From the NCBI GenBank assembly GCA_002245135.1, contig NGBS01000886.1, positions 1 through 64,000 on the forward strand: 64,000 nt of DNA, given 5' to 3'. This document shows, piece after piece, positions 38,096 to 51,226 of this stretch (the stretch's first letter is position 1; each line of letters starts with the position of its first letter). The notes under the pieces are model-generated. The model did not search any database. It worked only from the letters and a program-made list of their open reading frames with translations, and was not told where the DNA came from. The translations under genes and the position numbers were made by a program. This DNA is from Proteromonas lacertae (Eukaryota).

Positions 38096-40981
38096 TTAAT
38101 GATGCTTCTTTTTCTGCTTCTTTGCTCCTTTTAGTTTTTGATAGTTATTATTAGTACTCTTATTGAATAGACCTTTTCCTTTCTTTTCAAAATATTTCTG
38201 TCTATCTTTTCTGTTCATTTGTTTAATTTTGTTCTTTTCTTCTTGTTTCAACTCTTTTCTAATTTGATTTTCATCTTTCAACTCAGATTTGAATTTACCA
38301 AATAGTGGTTTCTTCTTATCATCATTCATTATACTATGTTTTATCTTTCTTCCTCTTCTATAATCAATTTTTCCATCTGTAGTATCTTCAAAACCAATTT
38401 TCTTCTTATTTCTTCTACTCCATTTCTTATATAATTCTCCCTTCTCATTATCTTTTAATTTTATCACCTTGCCACTATCTGTTTTAACTCTATTAAGTCT
38501 TTTATCTAATTCTGCAATTGTTCCTTTTACATATTTCTTCTTCTTAGGATCCCATCTTGTTACTTGTCTCTTTTTATCAACTTCACCATCTTCTTACAAA
38601 AAAAATAGAATTAAAGAAAATACAATCATCTAAATTATATAATAGAATAAATAAATAAAATAAAATGATATATCTGGAACTAAATCCATCGAATAATCTT
38701 CAATATTAATTCCCAATTCTTCTCTTGCTTTTGCGATTGAATTATCAGCATGTTTAGTTGAAGCATCCTTCTTACTTGGCATATAATAATATTCATCTTT
38801 GAAATTCTATATAATATAAAAAGAAAATATAAAATAAAATTTGATAAATACATACTTTATCTTTATTAGCTTTATTCTGATCATTATTTATTCCTTTCTT
38901 TATTCTATCTTCAAGTATTATTTCTTTAGCTTCTTCTTCTGTTTTACCATTCTTTATCAATTTCTTTATCTTCTTCTTTTCACTGATATTTAAATGAAAT
39001 TTTTGTTTCTGATTATTCTCATTATCTTCATCATTATCATCATCATCATGGAGATGATTTAAATTACGAATAAATTCTTTATCTTTTTCAATTATCTCTT
39101 TCTCTTCTTCTTCATCCTCAGCTTCAATTTCTTCCTTCTTACTCTCTTCATCAGTTTTAATTTTCTTTTGTTTTTTATTCTCTACAATAATATTTTCATG
39201 AATTTTTCTTTTCTTTTTCATTATTTCATCTTTTCCTTTATTTGATTTTATATGTTCCACTTCCATAACAGTCTCAGCTGGTCTATAATTAGATAACATT
39301 TGTTTTACTTCTTCCAATTTCTTATCATCATCACTCACTAAATCTATAAATAATGGATGAATTTTCAACTCATCTATTTCTTTCATCTTATTAATTGATG
39401 CAGCAGATGGTTCTTCACGACTTTTATTGTACATTTTGTAACTATTCTCAAGTGCATTTATCATTGGATCAACATCACTTGCTTTTATCTTTTTAATATA
39501 ATTCACTCTATCAATTTCATCTAATAATAATGATCTTGGAAGTAATCCTATCCACGCTGTTTCATGTGTTAGTTCATTCACTTTAATGCTTGTATCAGGA
39601 GTATTAAAATAATCTCTTTGTAAATATAAACCAAGATCAGCAACATAAGATAATTCAGATTTTGTAACTATACTATAAGCTGTACCTTTTCTCTCTTGCC
39701 TACCACAACGACCTACACGATGTACAAATATTTTACACTTTGGTGGAAAATCAAAATTGATTACGTTATCTAAATATGGGATATCTAAACCTCTTGCAGC
39801 TACATCTGTTACAATTAGTATTCTTGATTTACCATTTCTGAATTTACCTAAGTTGATCTTACGAGCTGTCATATCCATTGTTCCATAAATACCTGTAACT
39901 GAATATTCTAATACATTCAATAAATAGTAAAAAAAAAAAAAAGAATTAAAGAAAAAATAAAAGCATATTAGCATTAATTATATAAAAAAGATATTAATAA
40001 ATATTCAACACCATATCTTGTAGCACAAAATACAATTACTTGTTCTCTCTTTGGAATAATACTATCTAATAGGAATAACAAAGCAGCTTCTTTCTCTTCC
40101 TATCAATAATAATAATAATAATAATTTGAAATAATAAAATCTATATATAATATATACTGTTTTGACTTTAGCAAATACTAAATTCAATGTTTCACTAATT
40201 TTTGTTTCACTATCTAATCTAATCACTTCTGGATTCTTTAAATCTGCTTTAGTAAACTCCAATAACATTGTTGGTAAGGTAGCTGAGAAGAGAAAGCATT
40301 GTTTTGATGGATTTACTTCATTCATTATTTTTGTGATTTGTTCACTAAATCCCATTTCAAATAATCGATCAGCTTCATCAAATACTAAATATTTGACTGA
40401 TTTCAAAGAAAAATCTGGAATTTCTAACAGATGATGAACTAAACGTCCAGGTGTGGCAATAATAATATCAGGGTTTTGTGAAAGAATATCGAACTGCTGC
40501 TCCATACTATCACCTCCTATAATTACAGCTAATCTGATATTAGTAAATTTTGACAAAGCTTGTGCGAATTTATATGTTTGATATGCTAATTCTCGAGTAG
40601 GTGAAAGAATAACAGCTCTTGCACCAACCGCAGTACTGTGTTCTTTTAATTTCTCTAAAACAGGGATAAGAAATGCAGCTGTCTTACCAGAACCTAATAA
40701 TAAGATTATTACATGCAAATAAGTATATACCAGTTCTAGCCATAGCCACAACATCACGTCCTGACAATGCGATTGGTAATACCTAATAAATGTAATATAT
40801 ATTTATACTTTTCTTTGTATTGGAGTAGGAACTTTGTAACCAAGTCTCATAATCGATGAAAAAATGGGTTTACTTAATCCAAGTGTTTGAAAACCATGGC
40901 TACTAGACTTTTTCTTTCTAAAGAGATATAAATAATCATAATAATTATAAATTTATACAATTTATCATAAGAATCAGTCAT
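38096..40981 (-). CDS. DDX54: DEAD-box RNA helicase DDX54/Dbp10
   Basis: Motifs [60 protein letters not shown]10CT-type C-terminus (DLVPDE...[10 protein letters not shown]). Confidence 0.95.
38594..38671 (-). other. Probable U12-type (minor) intron with AT-AA ends, 78 nt
   Basis: 5' end ATATCATTTT, branch-like TTTTCTTTAATTCT, 3' end TGTAA. It contains an in-frame stop, and removal gives DLVPD/EDG. No GT-AG solution restores the frame. Confidence 0.65.
39927..39994 (-). other. U12-type (minor) AT-AC intron, 68 nt
   Basis: 5' end ATATCTTTTT, branch-like TTTTCTTTAATTCT, 3' end TTAC. Removal gives [25 protein letters not shown], collinear with DDX54. Confidence 0.85.
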
Positions 40982-41005
40982 GACAAGAAAAAAATGAAAA
41001 TGATA

Positions 41006-41020
41006 AAAATATAGGCGTTT
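41006..41020 (-). promoter_or_regulatory. AAACGNNTATATTTT motif (AAACGCCTATATTTT)
   Basis: Sense orientation, 24 nt before the DDX54 ATG at 40981. Confidence 0.55.
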
Positions 41021-41162
41021 CTAAAAGTCATTCAATAGTGAAACAATCATAATAATACTGTTCATCTTTATTTAAATATATTACTAAACACACACAAATA
41101 AATAAAAAAATAAAAATTAAAAAAATATCACTAAATCCATAACTATAATGAAAAAACTAAGT

Positions 41163-41645
41163 TTAACAAATAATTGTCCATTCATGGTACTTTGATTTCC
41201 TATTGGTTACATCAATACCATGTCTTTTCTTGAATTCAAAAGACCAGCCAGGAGATGCTTGAAAAGGTTTCATACATTTTTGGCCTTTCAGCACATTGTA
41301 AAACGCTTTAGCTGTCTTAGTGACGTACTCATCACTAAAAACTAATTTTGAACCATGAATCAAAGCATCTTGCCATAAATTAGACAAAATCTTGTTCTCT
41401 TCTTCTTCAGAAAAAACTCTATTGCATAAACCTCTCTTATCTAGTGATGGATCTTCATTCCTTTTTATCCAGTTTCTATACTTCCTGGAAAGTAATTGTC
41501 TCTTCACTTCATAAGTTCTGGCGACAAGTGAGATATTGCGGGTTTGCTCTATCTCTTTGAACATTTGAATCCATTTTTCAAGGCTTATCTTGGTGTGAGG
41601 AGAGACATTATTCAATTGTTTTGGTTGCTTTATTGATTGAGTCAT
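41163..41645 (-). CDS. CENP-B/pogo (Tc5)-type tandem HTH DNA-binding protein lacking a DDE domain
   Basis: psq-like HTH (ISLVARTYEVKRQLL) followed by FSEEEENKI...FQASPGWSFEFKKRHGI; intronless, 160 aa. Confidence 0.8.
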   Translation of the reverse strand: MTQSIKQPKQLNNVSPHTKISLEKWIQMFKEIEQTRNISLVARTYEVKRQLLSRKYRNWIKRNEDPSLDKRGLCNRVFSEEEENKILSNLWQDALIHGSKLVFSDEYVTKTAKAFYNVLKGQKCMKPFQASPGWSFEFKKRHGIDVTNRKSKYHEWTIIC

Positions 41646-42733
41646 TGGTCTGATTGATGTTGAAGTAAAGGTTATTTTAATGAATTTAAAGGAACTGTCG
41701 TCTAAAGTGACAAAATATTAAATGAAAAGTTTTTAAAGAAACTTGATGAAATTGTATTGGCTAAAGTCATTACAACATTTTCATGAAACGGATATATTTT
41801 TGAAGCACTAAAGTTTTTATAGTATAAGTAGTATACAATTTTGGAATGATGAAACAATAGCTATGATATAAATGCTTAATTCTGGATCATTATTTTTTAA
41901 ATATACCGGTCAAGTAAATTATATCGACTTAATCACAGAAGATATTGAGATCTGTTATGCAATTATGAAGAAAATGTAATAAGACGAAAGATAAGCTAAT
42001 AAAAAAGTATCAACTATATGTTGTCTAATAGTGTCAATGAATGACAAAAATAGAAGGTAATATCAATTCCTATTAGTGATAAATGACATATTTTCATTCT
42101 TATATTTCAATCTGATGATGATTTTTTTAATCAACAAAATTTCACCTATCCATAGAGTATAATTGTCAACTCAATTCATATTTTCATCACGCTTCATTTT
42201 AACAATGTCATTAGTGTATATAAATCTCTATATTCCTTCTGCACTACTATTATTTTCTTCATAATTCAATTGAATAATCAATGACTTTGTTAACCTTATA
42301 ATACATTTGTATATTAGTAGTTTAATCTACTGAATTTCATGTTTTAATATAAATACTTGGTATTATAAAAAACCATTATATCATTATTAGGCATTTGTAC
42401 TATTAGGATTAACTGAACCAAAAAAATAAAAGCTGACTAGCTATATAAAATATTCTATCAATAAGCAATAATTAGATTATATACAATTCAGTAATAAATA
42501 ACAAGCATAATTATTTTTATATTACTGTTCTATTTCATTACAAAAATGAGATTGTTGCGTTTTTTAACTTCTTAAAAGTAATCAAATCTGTTGTTGAGCT
42601 AAAATAATATAAGAATCTAATAGTTCAATTGAGCAGGTTTTATTTTAATTTTCATGGGAGTTGATACATATAATACAACACAAAACGATTTGTATTACAA
42701 AAAAAATATTCGTTTTTCACATCATTTTTTTAA

Positions 42734-43828
42734 ATGAATAGAGAAAGTGTTGTAGATAAGTTTGTATTATTTTTAATTATGATATATTAGAGGGAGTCAT
42801 ATAATTACTTCAAACAGAACAAGAAAAAGAGAGAAAAGTCACATCTTTTGCTACCTTTAAGTTATGAAGCAGAGCAGTTGGCAATGAATAACTATCGTAT
42901 TTAATTAAATAATATGATTTTTGTAATAGTAAATAACTACGAACTGTCCACTTGGGAAGGTTATTATCTGGAGTTATGGAACAAACAACCAGACTTAGCC
43001 TATGTCAGTGTCAGATCGTTACTAACAGATTTTAATGTATCCAATGTTACTCTCTTTAAAGATTTCTTATCAGTAAATAATGGTATTAGTTTTTCTAATT
43101 GTATATTTATAGATGGAAAGATTACTCCATCCCAATTTCTAGAATTTATAATACTGTTCGCGTTCTATGAAAATAGTCAATTATATACTTGTATTATTTT
43201 TGTCTTTATATTCTATTCTAAAAAAATAGTATTATTCACAGTCTCTGGTGTAAAAAGCAACATTTTTATGACAGAGCAACAAATAGAGACTTATTTAAGA
43301 AAGTTGGGAGTATTTGATGATTATAAAGATTGTTTAGATTTATGGCTAAATGGTGTAGAAAAAGATGCAAATGGTGCAATATCTATTGATGCATTTTCTA
43401 GATTACTAACATCTTATCCTGGCCTATCTTATCCACTGTATTATGTAAGAAATTTCATAATAGAAAAAGTGATTGGATATGATTCGTGGAATGTAATAAT
43501 CCGACGAAGAAATTACTATAGTCGAATGTCATTGGATTCTACAGTTACATTACCTAAAGAATCATGTCTATCACAATTGAAACGTAAATTAATTACTCAT
43601 TATCCTCCTCCCTTTCATTATGATCATAAACCTGCTCATTCTAGTAATAAATCGGATAGTTTGAGTAGATCTTGTGTTAATGAACTGAGAAAGAGGTATG
43701 GATATAGTAGTCGACCTGCAAGAATGAGTTGCTCTGGATCTGTTAAATTATCTTGTAGTTACAGTAATAATAAAAACAGATCATCTCTGAATTCTCTAGT
43801 GAATCTTAGTAGTGTGGAATGTATATAG
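42734..43828 (+). CDS. Divergent EF-hand (calcineurin B/recoverin-like) protein; paralog of 46198-47422
   Basis: ATG 42734 with short introns (e.g. 43082-43111). EF-like DGKITPSQF and DANGAISIDAF; shares YP..., G...W...RR and P.ESC with the paralog. Confidence 0.65.
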
Positions 43829-44054
43829 AAGTATTTATATATTTATTATTTTTTTATTTATTATTTAAAATTATTTACTCTATGTTTTTATGGGTGTATC
43901 ATGTATTGCTTTCATCATTAAGAAAAATATTATATAAAAATAGTGTGTGTAAAGAGAAATACACAAGAATTATAATAATTAGGCTTGAAAAAGCTTGAAA
44001 TTCATTCAAAAGTATAATTCACTTCTTAAGCATATCTGTGGTATTATATTACTG

Positions 44055-44867
44055 ATGCAGATACATATTGTACATCCGGAAGTTGTATATTGATGTAATT
44101 ATAAACATATAGACTTTAATGAAGTTTTATGTATGGTTTATGAATAAACTGAAAGATGATGTGTTATTTAGATTAGTATAATTAGGTTTAATGATATATT
44201 TCGTGTAGGTCTTTTATGTTTTACAAATAGTTTTTCTTACATCGTTTGTAACAGCAATGTATATGCTGGTGTTTATGCAATATGCCACATCAATGTATAA
44301 TGATTATAATTTATGCTTTCTATAGTTATTCACCAGCAATTAAGTGTATTGCTAACCAAATAGAACCACAAGTGATAAATGGTTCAGAAGTGTTAGTAAT
44401 TAGAATGAAAAATCCAATATTGCAATTAGCAAACTCTTCTTTCTACAGTTCAATTTTTAATATGAAAAAGAAGAAATATGATAAGAATGTAGTTGATCCA
44501 TATAGAACTCCATTGAAAGCATCAATGCATTACTGGTGGTATAATGGAACCTACAATATAACAATAAACAACGTTAATGAGATAATATTAACAGAAAATA
44601 ATAATAATAATAATTATAATATTGAAGATCAAAGTTTATCAAATAATATACAAAGTATTGAAGTAAAGAATGAATATGATGATGGTTTTAATAATCATAT
44701 CATTGATATAAAAGATGATGAAGAAGAAGAAAAAGGAAAGAAAGATATACAACCATCACTACCACCACCACCAAATAAAGAAATGGAAAATGATATAGAA
44801 TTAAATGATAATCATTCTGAACCTCTAAATATAACATCATCATCATCATTACCAGTAGCAAAAGAAG

Positions 44868-44913
<46 letters not shown>

Positions 44914-46110
44914 AAGTGACGAATTTGATATATTGAATATGCTTCATCAAATACTATCAGCTGATTTAACTGATGATTTATCCTATGAATTTGAAGATAT
45001 TGAGTTTAAATATGGTTATGAAAGAGGATTACTGTTATTATCTGATAAATCGTTAAAGAAACACAATATTTCTACATCATTTATTACAATTAACAATGTG
45101 ATGGATTGTTTTCAATATCCTGAGAAATTCTACTTTGTCCTGACTTCAGATTTGGATATATCAATGTTTAATGCCATTAGAACACTATATGGAGATAAAG
45201 GAATATTGTATATTATTTTATATATATTTTTATATTCAATAGTTTGTCAGCTTTATCAAATCGATTCTTTTGGTTACAACCTCCTGAAGATGTGGTTGAT
45301 TATATATTAGATTTTGTTTTAATGATTATTCCAATATATATACAATTAGCATTATTAAGTAGATTTATAAACAGATCTTTAACCAGTTCAATTAAAGCTA
45401 TTCACTTGTATATTTTAATCTATTTATAATTGTATAGTGCAACAACAAATAGAAGATTTAGATTCAGATATATTATATATGCATGTTTTGATGTATTTTT
45501 TACATTAGGATGTATATATTGTTATATACTCTTTATTGTTGGATCAAATGCAGATGTTACTTTCCTTTTAGTTTTAGTTGGTTTTATGGTTGAAATATTC
45601 TCATTATATTTGTATATTTCTTTATATATATATATATATATTAATCATTTCTTTTAGTTGTCGAACTAGATTATCTTATTTTGCTGTTGGTTTATGTTAT
45701 TTATGCAGTACTGTTTTAATAACCAATATTAACTCTATGAATATATTCTCATTTCCTGTGATGATGTATATTGCTTATGTAGAGTTGAATTTATTCATAT
45801 GTGTGTTTTTATTAATACATAATGAACTTCCTTACTTTATTACAGGACAGTATGAAAGAGATACTGGATTGCAAAGACCAGAAATGATAAGAACAACAAG
45901 ATTTAATTTAGATTTACCTCCTGGTATTATATCATGCTTAAGGAGAGTGATAATGATTTGGGTAAAAGAAGTGTATCTTATGGTCAACACAGGTATTCTT
46001 ATGATATTTCATTTTGTTTTTTTTCTATAGTTTTAAATCGTCCAGCTAGAAACCCAAATAATGTTATAATCCAAGATCTTCATCCGAATAATGATGTTGA
46101 AGTTAATTAA
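44055..46110 (+). CDS. Membralin (TMEM259)-like multi-pass ER membrane protein
   Basis: Spliced HPEVTLMKF, KYGYERGLLLLSDKSLKKHNISTSFITI...DCF, DKGIL and EIFSLYFCRTRLS resemble membralin-family motifs. The 3' exon structure is less certain. Confidence 0.7.
44870..44911 (+). repeat. (AAC)14 coding microsatellite encoding poly-Asn
   Basis: Perfect trinucleotide run inside the membralin-like luminal insert. Confidence 0.9.
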
Positions 46111-46197
46111 TTCTATTTATTGATTTTTGTTTTTGTAAGATTACCAAAAAATTGTTTTCGGTTGACCAGTTTTGAAAAATCGTTATGTTATTTTGAG

Positions 46198-47002
46198 ATG
46201 TCTAGCAATAGTTTAGAGACTCAAACTACAAAACTTATAAAAGTGCAATCAAAAAGAGACTCTAACGCATTATTGCTTCAGAAAAATGTATATCTTATAA
46301 TCATCTCGTAGTTATCATTAGAAGATGCTCCACAACGGCAGCTTACGTATAAAGCATATCAATCAGATGGATTATGTATAATACTATTTACACAATTATC
46401 ATTTTTAGTAACAGAAGTAAAAAGAAAGCGTTTTCGAGAATCAGTGGTATGATTATTGAAATGTTATTTCTATTTTTATTAGACTGCAGACTTTGAAGTG
46501 AAACAATCGAAGAGTATGGTCAAAGGTAAGAAAGCACAGGTTTCAGATGACTTGGAGTTGAACAGCGAATCTATTAGAATAGCCAAAGAATTTGGAAGTA
46601 TATTACAAAATATTTTTTCTTATCAAATAGTGAAAACATCAGAAATATTAACATTAAAGAATCTATATTCTAGTCTAGATCAAAAAAGGTTGAATATGAT
46701 CACCTACGAAGATGTACTAGCATATTTAAACGAAACTCCTTCACTATTTACAACTAAACTATTCGAATTAATAGACAGAGAACAAAAAGGACTTATTAAT
46801 TGGAATCAATTCTTTCAATTGACTTGCCATTTTTGTACTTTATGTGATGACGATATATTACTATTAATATTTAATATGTTTGATGATCATAATAGAGAGT
46901 ATTTAGAAGAAGAACAGTTTCTAAGACTATTGACTGTATTAAATAAAGATTCTGTCTTTCCTGATACATTTCAAGAAGCAATAAAAGAATTTGATTCGTA
47001 TT

Positions 47003-47033
<31 letters not shown>

Positions 47034-47422
47034 TATTTTATAATTATAGAAATGGAGATGGTAAACTACAATTTAGTGAATTTATGGAGATGAAAGAGAA
47101 ATTCCCAGATATTTTAGGAATAATAGTAAAATTTCATCACAAATTCAAAGAATGTTGTTTAGGTTTTAAAATATGGGATGAGTTGTTAGTAAGAAGAAAT
47201 TCTGTTGAATATATAATGAAATATAAAAAAACACATGGTAAACCACCACCTGAAAGTTGTGAAACACAATTTGCTCACTTTATTTTTGGTAAACCATTGA
47301 AATATGTGTTTGATTTTCCTTTAGAAGAAGGTGATTGTGTTTTTGTTAATTTAATTGGACTTCAACAGCAGAAGAACGAAGCACAACCTAAATTGGAGAA
47401 TGTTTATGCATCTTGGCATTAG
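46198..47422 (+). CDS. EF-hand Ca2+-binding protein (about 4 EF hands)
   Basis: EF loops DQKRLNMITYED, DREQKGLINWNQF, DDHNREYLEEEQF, D.NGDGKLQFSEF. First intron 46288-46311. Confidence 0.8.
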
Positions 47423-47973
47423 TTTTGTATTTTAAGTTATATATTAATAAATTACCTGTATAATTTTTCATAGAGTTTATTTAAATGTGTTTTTTTTTTA
47501 ATTATATATCAGTGTATTGCTCATCAGCTAAACGAAAATACTATTATTGTGTTGTATATGTTAATATTCATCATTTTTTTATCAAACATGTTTGATTTTT
47601 GTTCATATTTTCATTTATCATTATTCTCATTCCTGTAATTGATATTGCAGAATAATTTTTATGGTATAGCTTATATATGCAATGATCTCTACAATAATCC
47701 TTTTATATAAAGAAGATATAGAATTCACTGACTAGCTACTCTAGATGGGTTATCAGTATTATTTTAAATTGCACTTAAATAACTAGACGTTTACAACGCT
47801 ATCTGCAACTTCTAATGATCATTGTATTAACTCTTTTTGATATATAATAATAATATGTAGGTATATATATAGTTCAGTAAAAAGTAATAACATTACCAGT
47901 ATTGACGGCTAGTTCAAACACTCTGATTTAAAAAGCAAATTGAAACAACGTATTTCAAAATAGACGTTTTAGT

Positions 47974-48625
47974 ATGAATTATCAATATAGCCCATTGTTA
48001 TTGCAAGCTCCTAATAATTTATATCAGTATTATGATGTATATGGAGTAAATCCAGATCCATATGCTCTTCCTTATCATCCTAATTACCACAATTGTATAC
48101 TCTGTTTGAAATTTATATGTAGATCAACCATATTATCCCTATCAACAGCCTGTACAACCTTATTATCATTATCCTAACAACCAAGATCTCATTCCGCTTC
48201 CAATATTTGTAGATGATTATTATACACGTTATAATGCAGGAACTAGTGTACCAGAAATAGGAGAAGAGACTGAAGAGGAATTTGAAGTAGAAGATGAGGA
48301 GGAAGATGTGGAGGAAGTTGAAACTCCTCCAAACACTCACAAAAAGAGAGCGTAACTTTATTATCATTGTAATTTTGTTAGAGTCAAGATGTTAAAAACA
48401 TGGGATGAAATACCCCCATTGTGTCCCATGTGTAGAATTCGTCCTGTGAAAGTAAAGAGAAAGAGAATCTTGAGATTATGTGAAGAATGTTTAGAAGATG
48501 AAAAACAGTGGAAAGTATCAAGAAAACGTAAGAGGCCAAACAAGGCTAAAGTTGTAAGAGCAAATAATGGAGATGCAACCAAACGACAAATTCCAGAAGC
48601 TACAAAAAGAAGATGTGTTAAATAA
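47974..48625 (+). CDS. Small protein with a Pro/Tyr/Gln-rich region, acidic tract, CxxC...CxxC zinc finger and basic tail (putative nuclear regulator)
   Basis: Three exons splice in frame; CPMC...CEEC; NLS-like RKRKRP. Confidence 0.6.
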
Positions 48626-49011
48626 CATAGAAAAGGTGTTGTATAACTAAATATCAATGTGCTTATACTTTAATGACGACTATTATATTTTTTTACATCT
48701 AAGATGTGGATTCTTTAGTTAGTTATTATAAATATATCATAACTCAATACATAAAGACATCACACATCAAGTCCTCCTGCACATCCTATTATATTATTCT
48801 ATATATTATTCGAACTGTATAATTAGTGTAAGTCTATTTTCTTAAAACATAAATGCAATAATACGGCCCTTTCTTCATTATTGAAAATTTATATCATATT
48901 AACTATGGAAAAGAACTTGCAAAAAATACAGAAAAACACTTTTTCCATAAAAAAGTAGTTTTACCACAAAATACAAACATTATCAATAAATACATATAGT
49001 TAAATAATATA

Positions 49012-49632
49012 TTATACACTAATTGTAAGAGACGAATTAGATTCTGTCAAATTTCGATCTAACAGAGAAAGTTCTTCTTCTAAGTCAGATAATTTACTCT
49101 GAAGTTCATCTATTTCTTTCAACAGTTTTAATTTGCGTTTTGCTTTATTCACTGTTTCACAAACAATAGGTGTATTAAACTGTATTGTGTAATGACATAT
49201 TTCTGGCTCTTCTACTGATATTATTATGTTTTCAACACCACAATGAAATTCTACGCTTGCTGATCGAGGGTTATTTTCACTACATTTATATCCATCTGTA
49301 AATTTCATCACAGGACTAGATTCCAATTCTTCCCATCTTCCCCATATCCTATATTATACATAATATTCAATTAAATACCCCAAAATGAAAGTAGATCCTT
49401 CAGTTTTTGACCTTTGCATGACTCTGCTGAATGGACAAAACTCATATGTGTATTGATTTGAATCAAATGAAAAACATTGATTTTGAAGAGACAGAAATGG
49501 AGGTGGACTGACAATAGGATCTGGATCTCTAAGTTTTTCAATAACTTCTACAGCCTTCACATCATGTACTATTTTTATTGCTTCTCGAGCAAAAACTAAA
49601 GAGAAAAAGAAGAAAATCAATTTCAATTTCAT
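49012..49632 (-). CDS. Secreted MRH-domain protein (PRKCSH/OS-9/GNPTG-like)
   Basis: Signal peptide; QCFSF...YTYEFCPFSRVMQ, MKFTDGYKC...RSASVEFHCG...VEEPEICHY...TPIVC. One intron; no HDEL. Confidence 0.85.
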
Positions 49633-49643
49633 TTTGAATTAAC

Positions 49644-49658
49644 AAAATATATTCGTTT
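49644..49658 (-). promoter_or_regulatory. AAACGNNTATATTTT motif (AAACGAATATATTTT)
   Basis: Sense orientation, 11 nt before ATG 49632. Confidence 0.55.
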
Positions 49659-49714
49659 CACAATTTCTAAAATTAAACAAAAGCAATTCAAATCAATTAT
49701 GATATAAAAAAATA

Positions 49715-51045
49715 TTATGGTCCTCTATGTAACAAGCTAAAACTATGTTTCTCTCTATATTCCTCCTTCGAAATCCACATTTGTTGAAATGAACCAAGAG
49801 ATCCTAATATCGAACCACCAAGCCAGGTTGCAAATGTTCTTTGCCTTTCATCAGGTGCTATAAACTTCACCTTGTGATTCTCAGGAATTTTTTGGATTAT
49901 CTCACTTGATAGTCTTTCACAAAAACCTTTCATCTTACTATTACCTCCACATACGAATATATTACCTAACATATCCTTTCTCAAATCAGGAGGACAATGT
50001 AATACTGAATGATATAATAAATCTGTAACTGAAAGAGATTGATTATCATTTGGATTGAAAAATAGTTCAGGTAGTCTTGATTTATATGGTCCAATATTGA
50101 AGAAAGTACCATCAGGCAATTCATATCTCTTATATTCATCTTCCTTTATATTGGATGCTGATGGATTTTGCTGTTGATTCTGCAGATTTGGTAATTGCTG
50201 TAGTATTATTGAATCTAATGGTTCTAATGATACTGAAAATGAGCATTCTTTGATCTCTCTAGCTATATTTAATGATGAATAGTATTTATAAGAATCTGGA
50301 ATGTTATTGGGTATTTGTCGGTTTAAATATTTCAATTGTGTTTCATATCGTGGAGGAATTGGTGTACCTGCTTCTTTCAGCTTTTCATATAATAATTTGT
50401 CTAAAAAATCACCTCCAAAATTACATCTTTGAGCAGCTTTTAACAAAGGATAACCATCTACCACTGGTATGCATGTTGTCATTGATGCTCCTGATTCAAA
50501 TATAAGTGCATTTGATTGGCCTACTGAGAATGCATCCAACATCGGCTTTTTAGCTAAATATACTGCTGGAGTTCCAATATTTTCAAAGAGAAATTCTAAG
50601 ATTTTTTCTCTTTGACTATCTGTAGTGAATATTGAATCTGATAATATAATTGGTATTTCGTTGATTTTTATGTTTATTGCATCTTGTAAGATGAACTTCC
50701 AGAATGGAGCTAAAGCAACAAAATCATATTCTATAATGTAAATTTTATTGTTTCTTATATATTAATTATACCTTCTGGTGTTGAAAATATGCTTTCTATT
50801 TCAGTATACTGATCATATAAATCTAAACTCTCATTACCAACTCTAAAATTTATTTCACTTGGTGAATTAATTTTTGCAATATTCTATTAATAATACAACA
50901 CTATGAATACTGATCTCAGAGTATATCTAGGTACATTTTCACCTGCAAAGCCAAATTTAGATGAATAAGATCCACAATCAGCTACTAAAGTTATAGTTTC
51001 ATCTATTAGAATAAATAAATATGCTTTAATACCTCCACAATACAT
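49715..51045 (-). CDS. ARP4: Nuclear actin-related protein 4 (ACTL6/BAF53 family)
   Basis: MYCG/DETITLVADCGSYSSKFGFAGE, YELPDG, WLGGSILGSLGSFQQMWISKEEY. Confidence 0.88.
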
Positions 51046-51226
51046 TTTTATGGCTTGGTCAGAAGCTTGATTCTTTAATTTAAAATTAATTCGTTTTAAG
51101 TATAACAAAACGTATATAATTTTTGTAAGTTTGATAAATGTTTGTAACAAAGTGAAACGACTTATTTATTTGTGTGTTTATTTAGTTAAGCTGCCATTAT
51201 TAATTTATATCACATATTAATTTGTT

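Noticed and set aside
41050..41800. Intact pogo/Tc5 transposon
   Set aside because: No DDE catalytic domain and no recognisable terminal inverted repeats.
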